A DNA stretch of 63,871 nucleotides, counting the filler, from Intoshia linei (lineage: Eukaryota; Animalia; Orthonectida): NCBI GenBank assembly GCA_001642005.1. It is 6 parts of 6 records of this genome, joined end to end, with 100 filler letters (N's around TTAATTAATTAA, not from the genome) between each part and the next. Parts side by side here need not be neighbours in the genome. Positions count along the whole stretch, not along the records: positions 20,872 to 49,256 come from LWCA01000416.1; 5 more parts are not named here. One strand, 5' to 3'. A program made the position numbers and the translations under genes. Shown here piece by piece: positions 25,621 to 37,195 of the stretch (its first letter is position 1; every line of letters begins with the position of its first letter). The notes beneath the pieces are model-generated. The model was not told the origin of the DNA. It saw only the letters and a program-made list of their open reading frames with translations, and did not search any database.

Positions 25621-26686
25621 CAGCAGTCGAAAAAAAAGTTACCAACTCATCTAGCTCAAAAACAAAATCCTTGGGCACGTTTATCTCAAAAAGAAACATT
25701 GCAAAGTATACGACGTAAGCACGATTATTATGATACTCAATCTCCAAATGACAGAATTGATTTTATGCTCAAATCGCAATACGATCAACATCGCCACTTT
25801 TTAAAAAACAACAATGAAATTTTATTTCAAAAAGAAACGTTGAATATGAATCATAGGTACACTACACTTTAACCCTTTCACACGTTTGAGAATCACTGGT
25901 GGCATTCAGTAAATATAATTGTAAAAATTTATTTATGCTTTTAAACCTTGGTGTTTTTTAATCTATAATAATTTTTTTAAATATTAGAAAATTTTAGATG
26001 GCATAAATAAAATAGAATTGTCGACATATGGTGAGAACCACAAAATGATTTAAACTGTGAAAGGGTTAAAACAAAACACTACTCGTTAGAATAAAAATCA
26101 TAAATAACAACTATGAAAAATAATTTTAATAACATTTACCCCATTTGTAAATGGGGTCTCATTTTTCCAAAATAATTATTTAAAAAAAGTACATTTTTTA
26201 TTCAAATTTAAACCGTCCAGTTCAGATTCTTGGAATGCTATTACGCACCAAAGTAAAAAAAATGTAGGCCCTTTTTTTGTTTTTGGGAGACTCGAGTATG
26301 GTAGATTGGGCTGTTCCAAATACTGAAACAATTTAGATTAAAATGAAATATGACAAATATTAATACTAATAATTACGAATTTTGATGAAACAAAAATGCA
26401 GAATTATAATAATTAGATTATGGGTTAGTTTTGATGAGACTGGACATAATTGTCTCTATACTATAAATTTGAATAGAAGAACATTGAAAAACATGATCCA
26501 CACAATCGAACCAGAAAAACCGAAATTGGGTCACCCACTAGTAAATGTAATGGGAGATCATCAACATAGAAATATCAACAGCATCAAAAACAGAATAGGT
26601 TGAAATAGTACATATAAAATATATTTCAAATTTTAGAAAGTCATCATAATCAACAAACACGATGTGGTTATGGAATAAAATTATAA
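25621..26686 (+). CDS. CFAP276: Cilia- and flagella-associated protein 276 (C1orf194 family); start exon not identified
   Basis: PTHLAQKQNPWARL...LQSIRR...YYD...PNDRIDFML...YDQH...KNNNEILFQKET closely follows the C1orf194 pattern. Exons are about 25621-25856, 26477-26598 and 26637-26686 (SHHNQQTRCGY). Confidence 0.85.
25873..26065. mobile_element. piggyBac-type MITE in a CFAP276 intron
   Basis: TTAA-ccctttcaca ... tgtgaaaggg-TTAA. The termini resemble those at 20083-20256. Confidence 0.8.
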
Positions 26687-26723
26687 TAAAATATATAAAA
26701 AATGAAATAAACAAATATATTTA

Positions 26724-28014
26724 CTATTGAATATACAGACGTTTTAAAGTTCTAAATAAAAAAATAAAAATAAAAATGAAAATATTTACATATATTTTGG
26801 ATTCATTTCGAAAATTTTTTCAATATAACCTAAAAAACAATAAAAAATAAAAATGAAACAAAAAATAGAAATACCGTCATATTTGCAAAATTTACGATGT
26901 AATGCAAAGCAAATTATTTGAATGATTCGTTCTTGATAAAATTTAAAATTGGACACATCAACCAATTCATCATGAAATTTTAAATCATAAAATTGGGCAT
27001 ATTCAAATAATTTATCTGTATAAATAGTGATGGTGTTTTGTTGGATATACAAAATTTTGACAATGATTGAATAAATAGATTCTTTCACAAAATTAGAACA
27101 ACACACGAGTTTTGAGAATGTGTCATGGTTTGGGTTTATCGGTAATTTCGTTTTGTTAATTGATTTTTTATTTTTGAATGAAATAAACAACTTTGCTAGT
27201 CTAAGCATATTTTGGTGATTTAATGAAAAATCAATCAGATTGGCCATGTTTGAATTTAACATTTTTAAAGTGTAATTCTTATCAATTTTGCATACAATGA
27301 TTTGCAAGTCGAAATTCAACCTGTGAGAATCTAAAACGTCTTGAATACACACAAGACTTAAATTTTCGTTGAGCCAGGTTAATAAACATGTCATTACGGG
27401 ATATTCGACATTTAAATTCTATATTGTATAAATGTATTTACATCTAGATTCTAGATTACCAGATTAGATATCAAATGATTCACAACAATACAAGTCATAA
27501 TAGTTGACATTTTTGGTAAGTTTTCAATTAGATGGATTGTACTCTGCTCAAATAAATAATTATCGCAAAATGAATCTAAAACAGATGAATCTCTGGCTGG
27601 ATTAATCTAATTTATTTTTAATTCAATCTGAAATTATCAGTACCAACATGTAAATGCCAATATAATCCAACATTAAACAATTTTTGCAGTATATACTTAT
27701 GGATAATAACCATTTTGCAAATGTTTTGTTTTTATTGGTATAAATTGAATAGAACAAGATAAAGCTATCAATTTCTTTAAAACCTTCATTTTCAAATGCG
27801 GACATTATCATTTGTATATATTCCACAGTACTTAACTAAAATAAAAATTAAATTTCCAAAAATATTTTTTATAATTTACATCGTTTGTTTCAAGAAATTT
27901 GACAACTTTAACATCTTTTAATCTTTTTAGATCCAAGTTTTCGCATATTGTAATATCTGTAACCTTATTCAACACTAAAGCCAACGATTTCATATAATTT
28001 ATGTTTATATCCAT
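26724..28014 (-). CDS. Unidentified multi-exon gene
   Basis: ORFs 28014-27832, 27826-27623 and 27394-26786 are linked by about 35-45-nt GT-AG introns (for example ETND|LSTVEYIQM). The last exon ends TLKRLYIQ* at 26724. Confidence 0.6.
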
Positions 28015-28304
28015 TTTTTCATCAAAATATTAAATTTAAACCAAGTTTATTTTATTTTGTAAATTAACTTTTATTAAAATGTATGCTTATTATCATTTTT
28101 TAGGCAGACCCGAATGTACCGTACTAAGACCCCTGTTCGGGGAGAGTGGCGAATATTTTTATAAATAGGGGCATCATTTTTGCACATTAAACATTTAAAA
28201 GAATATTTCTTCTTCAATTTGATAACCACTCTTGTGTATTTAGATATGTGTACTTCGAGTTAAATCGACCAAACGCAATTAATTAATAATGAACAGTCGA
28301 AAAA

Positions 28305-29825
28305 TTTAAAAAACCCAATTTCAAATACAGTTTTTCCCAGAGTGTGTTTTTATCTATTTTTCAGTTTCAGAATTTGAGTCCTTCAGGGTCAAAAACCCAA
28401 TGTTCCTTTTTGTTTAAAAAAAATCAACCCAAAAATTTAATAAAACATACATTCTGGTACGCATAATAAAATCATTAACAATATCATTAATCTCAGCCTC
28501 TGAAACGAATACATTCATGGTTAAAACCCAAATTACCATTTGTTTTAAAAATGAAGCATGTCCTCAAATTTTAAAAAACATAAATTCTGTGATAGTTTTT
28601 AAAATCATGAACATTATTATAAATGGCAATCTCATAAAGATCATTTTCTTGATCAAAACCACAGATTACTCTTTGTTTTTTTAAAATGAAAACAGCCCTA
28701 GAATTTAAAAAAAATTACGGATGGTACAGTTGTATCCTGTTAACATACACAAAAAATTTCAATCTGAATAAGAGACGCCTTCATGGTCAAAAAAGTACTT
28801 AATATTCATTTCTTTTATTTCGAAACTATTTTATTAAAACAAAAAATTTGAAATAATTAACGATGCTACAATTAAAAAAAATAATTATTCTGAAACAGTT
28901 TATTCCAGTTAATATAAATACAAAATTTCAACCCCAGAAATCTACGCATTCCCGGTCACAAAAATTTTTTAATATACTATCAATCAATTTTTTCAAATGT
29001 TGGATTAAAATTAAAAATTAAAATGTAAATAATCATCCTACAATTTCAAAAAAAATGTGCATTGAAAATCTACACATTTTCAATACATAAAAATGGGTGT
29101 AAATCTATATAATTGATTTCTTCGGGTTTTTTTCATTGCCACGAAATTTGTTATGCAATTTTTGATTCTCAAATACTTATTTTCAAAAATTTTGTCTAAA
29201 TCTAGAACGAATTCAAAAGTACAACTTTGTTATCATTTTGACATTTTTTATTCATCGAAAGCCGATATTGAATATAAACTATCGTTTATTTACAATTTTA
29301 TTTTTTCTGGAATTTAAGCTATTTATGACAATTCTGAAAATTGTACTGTTTTGACTTTATTTTTAAGATTATACACTCATTATCTCTAATAAATTAAATA
29401 AATGATATCACAAAATTGTTTTTAAAAGTCTTTACACAAATGCTAACAAAATAAAATTAAATGGGAATAATTTAAATAGGGCTACCATATTATAGTAGTA
29501 CTAGCAATTTTAGTTTATTTGGTGTTAAATTTAAAGACAAAACTACTTATCTATGATCATTGATCATGAATAAAAATTTTTGGCTTAAAATTTGTTAGAA
29601 ATAAACTAAAATTGATAGTATTACTATATTATGGTAGCACTACTTTAAATTAAAACGTAATGTGAAAGTCAAATTTAGAAACCACTCGTTTAGAGAATAA
29701 TAATAGTGAATGTAGCATTTTTAAGCAAAGTTTTATTATTGAATTTATTTTTTTGGTACAATTAAAAAAGTTCGCCTCGGTAGAGCTAGAATACTGTTTG
29801 ACGAAGTACATAACAGTCAAGCTAG
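28305..29825 (+). mobile_element. Helitron copy with internal tandem modules and intact 3' end
   Basis: Ends gtacataacagtcaag-CTAG|T. It contains several degenerate modules of roughly 110 bp, each with a (g)gtcaaaa(a)cc core. Confidence 0.75.
29477..29642. mobile_element. MITE with about 40-bp inverted repeats, nested in a Helitron
   Basis: Arms 29481-29520 and 29599-29638 match at 37 of 40 positions. The block is absent from other Helitron copies at this site. No clean TSD. Confidence 0.7.
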
Positions 29826-29960
29826 TATTTTATGAAAGTTATACGTTTTTCTAGTAAATGTAATACATACATTTAATTTAATTTGTTCTAAATAGACATT
29901 CTGATTAAAATGATTAAAAAAATTTACGGAAAACTGATTAAAACTGTTAATTATATATTA

Positions 29961-30123
29961 CAGTGATATCTCAATAAAGTCACGTTCGATTAGTAAAATT
30001 TTGCTTATTTAGAAACAATTTAATTTTGTTTTGCAATCATAGATATCTCATTTTGGCTTTACATTTAACTCCAAATAAACTAAAATTAAAGTAATCGAAC
30101 GTGACTATATCGAGATATCACTG
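29961..30123. mobile_element. pogo/Tc1-type MITE (163 bp)
   Basis: 32-bp TIRs cagtgatatctc(a/g)ata(a/t)agtcacgttcgatta with 2 mismatches. TA on the left side. Confidence 0.8.
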
Positions 30124-30215
30124 AATTAATTTTTAGCATTGTACTTTTTTTCATTTTCAAATTTCAATTGATTAATTTTAATTCATGTTATAAATAGCAA
30201 AAAAATTGTTGTAAT

Positions 30216-30278
30216 AGTGAAGTTACAGTAACAGTTCCAACTGTGAACTCCAACTGGAACTGTTACTGTAACTTCACT
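30216..30278. repeat. Perfect 24-bp inverted repeat with a 15-nt loop
   Basis: agtgaagttacagtaacagttcca / tggaactgttactgtaacttcact. Confidence 0.9.
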
Positions 30279-31118
30279 TTAATATTAATAAACTTAGTTG
30301 AGCACGTGTATTTTATCGATAAATTATAATGTCAGATTCAGACATTAAATCTACAAGATTCCTTCAGATTTAATCACCTATCTTTCATTGATTACCATTA
30401 CAAAAATGTAAATAAATTTCGTCAATATATTTGACGAATATAATTAAAAGCAAAATATGTTAAACGTTTATATAATTATATTGCTAATCATGTTTTTCAA
30501 ACTAATTTCATTTCCGCAATGTAGAATATTTTGAAATCATTAATAATAATTAAAATTTCATAAATTCTGTATTACAGTTGTTAGTATTAACATTCACAAT
30601 AAAAGATATGCTTCAAAAAGTGCATTCTCGCATACTAATTTGCTATGGAATTTATTGGGATTTATCACTCACGCTTACCATTAAAAGTACAAAGTTTATC
30701 CAGTCAACCATTAATTAATCATATATCTGATAAATTCATGAGTCTATTCTAAATATAAATTGAGTTTGGAATTTGAATAGTGGGAAGGTGTATTACGGAC
30801 GTATACTTGGAGTTCTTTATGAATAATACATTGTTCTCATTTGCATTACATTAAGATACACATAGTCTTTTTAATCTGTTTGTATTTTTAGTTGTTATAC
30901 TAATATTCAATTAAGTATGCATTTACCAACTAAGACGCAAAGTTGATTTTGGCATACTAAATTGCAATGAAACTAATTGTTACACAAAAGATAAGTTGGA
31001 AATAAATATTGTTCCACTTTTATAATCTGATCTAGTAAAATATTAATTTTAGGTAAATATAATTAAACTGTGTTTAAAATTTTTTAGATTAAATTTAATA
31101 AATTAGACTATAGTATTC

Positions 31119-34100
31119 ATGGCCAAAGTAGTTCAAACGGAACCTACTGAAAATGGTTTGGCTATTAAAAACCTCAGGGAATTATTTTCTGCTGTACCTG
31201 TCGACGTATGTGAGAGGTGTAAGAAAAGAGTTTACTTACCTGAAAAAGTTGGACCAATTAATGGAGTTGTCTTCCATACTCAATGTTTTAGTTGCTGTTT
31301 TTGTAGTCATCATCTTACCGTCAGAACATATTTTTCAAATCCCACCAATAGAAAGGATAAAGAAATTTATTGTGCTACCCATGCTGAGAGAATTTCATCT
31401 CTGGGACTCGATGCTAATTCAATGGGCATTAAAGGAGTATCTTGTATACTATTGACTATTAAATTATACATTAGATTCTGGACGGCACTAGAGCTAATGC
31501 TCTCAAACATAAACAAACTCACCAGGTTCCTTCAATTGACAATGAATCAATACAAATCAAACTTCATAAACTTTACGCTGAAAATACCAAAAGAATAGAT
31601 AGAAAGGATTTGATGACACATAACTATCCTGCAATTCTGCCAGTTTTTAATTATGCCTTTATTTTCTTAATTATTATGTAGAATAGTAAAATCTATGAGG
31701 CGCAGAAAAAGTTGGAAGAAGAACATAGAAAAACTGAGGACCAATTGAGGTTAAAACTAGAAGAAGAACGCAAAAAAACTACTGAAAAGGTATTGGAGGA
31801 ACAAGAAATATTGTGGAATAAGAGGCTTACTGAACTTACTAAGACATTTGAAAATGAATTGTCTCTCAAAGACAGTGCTAGAGATAACAAGAAAAAAGTA
31901 ATATTTTCACTAAATTATTCATTTATTCAATTCATAGATGTTTGAAAAAGATAAAACTGAACTTCGTAAAACTTTGACCATGAAAATGGCAGACAAAATA
32001 AAAAAATTGGATACTGAAGAAAGCCAAACTATACAAATCGAAACTACTAAATTAGTTGAAAAGCATGCTAACGAAATGATTCAATTATTAAAAGTTAAAC
32101 ATGATAGTAGCGTAAGTTTTTAAATGTTATTTAGTGTTAATTTTTTAGTCTTTAAGCTTTAATGATTTTTCCAGTCACTTATTTTGAGGTTATAATTTAA
32201 ACTCACTGATACAGTTCAAAGTCTCTCAGTTTCGAAGTCACAGATACATTATTATTAATATAGTAACTTGGAAGGATGAATCAATAGTATATAAATCAAA
32301 AATAGACAAATATATCTGAGATTCCAACAAGACCCTTGTCCATATAAATTAGTATTTGTCAATTTAAATGAAAGATACACAATTCTTTCAATTCAATAAT
32401 AATTTAAACATAAAGAAAAATTAAATATGATAAAAAGTAAAAATGAAAATATTTTTAATTTTATCATATAAAAAATTTTTAATTCGAAGGTTCAAAGCTG
32501 TATAATTGTATGGTATCCGTTGATGCTATAACAGAATGAGTTATATTCAGTATTTCATCTAAAATTAAATTTTTAATTTGTCTGGTAAAGATTTGTTTAT
32601 CATTCCTTACTTTAGGGTTCCAATTTTTTTATACAGACAATTTCACATCAAATTACAATTAAAGTAGTAGATTGAACTATGCTATCGATATTTAAGATGT
32701 ATAGATAAATTTCAAAGAAAAATTATTAGAACAGGGATTCCCACACTTTTTTCACGACGGACCGGTAAAATTTTTCATGGACCAGTACTGGTTCGCGCAC
32801 TGGCATTTGGGAAACGCTGTATTATAATAAATATTATTTTTTTAATTTTAAGAATTTTAAATATTCAATATTTTTTCAGTAGTAATTTACTAAATTATAT
32901 TAAATTATATATTAACGAGAATATACAATAACTTACTGGTAAAATGGTTAGAAATTTATGTCTGTTTATTTATTTGTTTTAATTTATTTGTTATTTGTTA
33001 AGAAAGTAAGGGGAGTTTTAAAAATTCCATATTTCTATAACAGTTTTTCCCGCGTGATGTTTTATGGCAAATTTCAATTTCAGAAATTGAGTCCTTCAAG
33101 ATTAAATACCATAATTGTCCTTTGTTTTTAAATTCAAACTTGTCCTAGAATTATAAACATTACACAATCTAATAAAAAGTTTTAAATTCGTCAATATTAT
33201 GATAATTTTCAATTTCAAAATCTTATATCTTCACGGCCAAAACCTCAAATTACCCTTTTTTGTAAAAATTAAGAAAGTCTTAGAATTGTATATAACATAA
33301 ATTCTGGGATGGTTTTTAAATTCATAAGCATTATCATAAATGGTAACCTCAAAAAATATAATTTTCACGGTCAAAAACCCAGATTAGACTTTTTTTAAAA
33401 ATGAAAATACAATATGTAGTATTATAATTTAAAACAAAAAATAGAGATGATACAGTTATATTCAGTTAACACACACAAAAAATTTCAATCTGACAAGGTG
33501 ACGCCTTCATGGTCAAAAAAGCAGTTTAGTATTTATTTTTTTTTATTTCGAAACTATTTTATTAAATTTGACAATTTTTAACAAAAAATTTGAAATAATT
33601 AATGGTTCTACAATTAAAAAAATAAGTTTATTCTGATACATCTTATTCCAATTGATATAAATACAAAATTTTAACCACATAAATTGTAAAATAAAATTGC
33701 CGGTGAAAAATAATCCCAACTTATATAAAAGGCTACGCGATTTTTGTGTGTGTGTTCCACTTTATTGAAATAACTACCACTCTTAGAATATTTTAAAGAC
33801 GATATTTCAATTACAGTTTTTTCCGGGACGTATAATAAGATAAATTTCAACTGCCCAATTTCATATCTTACGGGTCAAACACCCCTGTTGTCCCTCTTTT
33901 TGAAAATCAAACGAGTTGGAGAATTTAAAGAAATTTACAGATGGTACAATTGTATTCTGTTAACACACACAAAAAATTCAAATCCGAATAAGTAACGACT
34001 TCACGGTCAAAAAAGCATTTTAGTATTCATGTTAGTATTCAAAAATCGAAAATTTAAATATTGATCCTACAATTTAAAAAAAAATATGCATTGTACGTCT

Positions 34101-37100
34101 ATACATTTGCAATAAAGACATATGGGTGAAAATCTATATAATTCATTCCTTCGGAATTTTTTTTATTGCTACGCAATTTTTAAATTTCCAGTTTTGATTT
34201 TCAAAACATTTTTATTAAAAAATTAAAATTTAAATAAGAAACTACAACAACAAAACTAAAAAAACTTTGTTAATATCATTTTTATATTACAATCCTTTGC
34301 AATAATGGTAAAATTCGACTGAAATGTTTATAAAGTGAAGATTCAGTTAATTATTGATACAAAATTGGTATTTATAAGTATTTATTAAATTGATACTGAA
34401 TATATGTCATCACATTGAAAATGACAAAATAGGTGAGTGTTTTTACTTTATTGTTAAGATTATACAACTCATTCTGTCTAATAAATTATTTCTTTAATTT
34501 TATTTTTTCTGGAATTTATGCTATTTATGACAATTTTTAGGATTGGACGTTTTTACTTTACTTTTAATATTATACACACATTTTGTCTAATAAAATTGGA
34601 CTGTTTTTACTTTATTTTTAATATTATACACACATTCTGTCTAATAAAATTAAAAAGTTTTAACTTTATTTTTAATATTATACACACATTCTGTCTAATA
34701 AATTAAAAAAATGGGATAATTGTTAAGTTAACAAAATAAAATTAAGATGGAATAATTCACTTTAAATTAAAAGGTAATATGATGTGTGGATCCACGTGAA
34801 ACAAGTTTGAGAACCACTACTTTAAAGGATTGATAATAATGAATAGTAGCATTAATAAGTTAAAACGCAAATACGCGTTTACCAATTACTGTTAATTATA
34901 CAATATTGATATAATATATTTAGAAAGACGATCAAATAGATTTGGATGAAATTAAAAACACTTCACAGCAGGACATACCTGGACCTTACCCTCCATCTAA
35001 AAGAAAACGTGATTTGTTTTATAGTACTTCATATTTTGATAAAATTGATAAATATGTTTTGGAGGTAATATACTTTTAAATTAAAATTTAAGAAACTTAG
35101 ATGGCATCTGATGATCATACTACGTTTACAGATTTGGTTAATGCGCTGACATGCAACTGTGAAACAAATTTGGATAAATGTCGTGCAATTTATCGTTGGA
35201 TTACTCTTAAAGATTTAAACAATATGAAAATCGACGAAAATGGAGACAAGGATACACCATATGGTTTATTGTCTGGAATAAAAAGTGGAAGTGAAACCTA
35301 TCACACATTATTTATGAGATTATGCAGTTATGCAGGATTACATTGCAGAGAAATAAAGGGCCACTCAAAAAGTGTGGGATATGAACCGGGTATGAAAATT
35401 AAAGAAAAAAGTTTTTTAAACACCTGGAACGTTGTCTTAATTGAAGGTGATTGGTGGCCTATACAATGTAATTGGGGAGCAAGACATTTAGTAATGAAAA
35501 AGAATGAAACTCCGAGTATCAACGAAGATAGGAAAGACGAAATACGTTATCAATACGACGAACACTATTTTATGACAGATCCAGATGAATTTATTAAAGA
35601 ATTTTGGGCATCAGACATGGATTGGCAATTATTAGACGTTCCAATAACTTTGAAACAATTTGAGGAATCTGCGTTCGTTAGATCTGTATTTTTTAATTAT
35701 GGCTTAAGTTTCACAGTTGACACAAAAGCCAAGGCTATTATGTATACGGATGATGATGGTAAATTGGAAATTAAACTCACTATGCCTATTGAATTTTCTC
35801 AACATCTTTTGTTTTATTATCAATTGCATTACGACGAAAAAACTAAAACTAAAAAAACAAACGCAAACTCTGCAGTGGATTTAGAACGCTATATAGTCCA
35901 TAATGTGGATTTAGAAACGGCTAGTTTTTTATTAAGACCTCCAAAGTCCGGTTATTATTTTTTGGAAATATTTGTAAATAAAAGTGAGACATTTAAGGAA
36001 TCGTCTTCAAGAGACCTCCAAGTTGTTCCATTTAAATTGAAATGCGCCTGTAAATTTAAAATTGTGGTATACTCAAAAGACGGCAATAACCATAGAAAAA
36101 TGTCACTTGAAAAGGATGAGAATAGAGTTGACCCTCTTCCAAAATGTGCTCTAGGAGAATGGGGTCCAATGAAAGCGATCCGACATTTTGGAATATACCC
36201 AATTAGCCATACCTCTTATCTGATAAACACTGATGTCAACTCTGTAGCAATTCGCATGCGTGCTAGTGAACCAGTGCACGTTTTACCGAGATTACACAAT
36301 AACACTGTCCGTGACGAGGATCTTCAAAACAGTTTTGATATCATCATAGAACAGGATATAATAACAATAAATGTATATCTACCTAACACCGGAGAATATG
36401 GTATTGACATTTACGCGCGTTCTGAAAAATCGGTTGACCCAAGTACCTTATCTCACGCTTGTAAATATTTAATTCAATATATCGAAAAGGATACTGATAC
36501 TAAAAAATTTGTCAGAAATCCAAACATTGAAAACAATTTAGTAGGTCCTGAAAACAATGAAAAATCATCTGTTGTAAATTTGACTTCTTCAAATCCTAAT
36601 ACCAATGAATTTTACCATAAAACAATTATCAAAGTGAATAAAAATGAAGCACCCAGTAGCGATTCTAAAAAATCTTTAAATTCCACTGAACAAATGCTTG
36701 AAAAAGTAAAATCGATGGAAAAAGATAAATCCATACCACAAGTTTTGAACAATGTAATTGAAGGGCCCGTCATGCCAGATTATATTCGATTCGATATATT
36801 AAAATTTGTCCCGGAAACACCACGAATTTACTACAATTCCATGAAACCAATTGTCATACAAGTATATACGCGTAACGTTTATCGTTTTGCATACCAACTT
36901 AAAAAGGATAATAAAATTGTTAGCGGTGCAATAACTACCAAGGAATATAATGGTGGGAAAAAAATCAAATTTTACATAAGCGTTCCTACATTAGCTAATT
37001 ACTCATTTTCTGTTTACTGTGCAGAAAATACAATCAAGGATAAACTTAACAACATTTATAACTTTTTAATTATCTACAATATTAAACCTAAACCTCAAGA

Positions 37101-37152
37101 TAACCATCAAAAACCAACAAAATCGAAAATTTTACGATTTTTTAAAAAGTAA
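31119..37152 (+). CDS. Hillarin-like protein (LIM domain, coiled coil, CYK3/KY-type transglutaminase-like domain)
   Basis: LIM motif CERCKKRVYLPEK...FHTQCFSCCFC...IYCATH. Coiled-coil exons at 31682-32111. The terminal exon 35101-37152 has KCRAIYRWIT, YHTLFMRLCSYAGLHC, GYEPG, WNVVLIEGDWWPIQCNWGAR and YDEHYFMTDP. Confidence 0.9.
32732..32819. mobile_element. hAT (Charlie/Buster-like) mini-MITE, 88 bp
   Basis: cagggattccca ... tgggaaacgctg termini, with 8-bp flanks tattagaa / tattataa. Confidence 0.7.
33040..34862 (+). mobile_element. Two adjacent Helitron copies in a hillarin intron (second starts at 33714)
   Basis: A|TCccaacttatataaaaggctacgcg at 33714. It includes a tandem amplification of a roughly 50-nt unit at about 34545-34705. 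Confidence 0.75.
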
Positions 37153-37195
37153 ACGGTTGTATTTACCCCAACTAATATAATTTTTAATAAATAAA

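Noticed and set aside
23922-29825. CRISPR-like reading of the regularly spaced repeat modules
   Set aside because: The context is eukaryotic, the units are degenerate along their whole length without unique spacers, and there are no cas genes.
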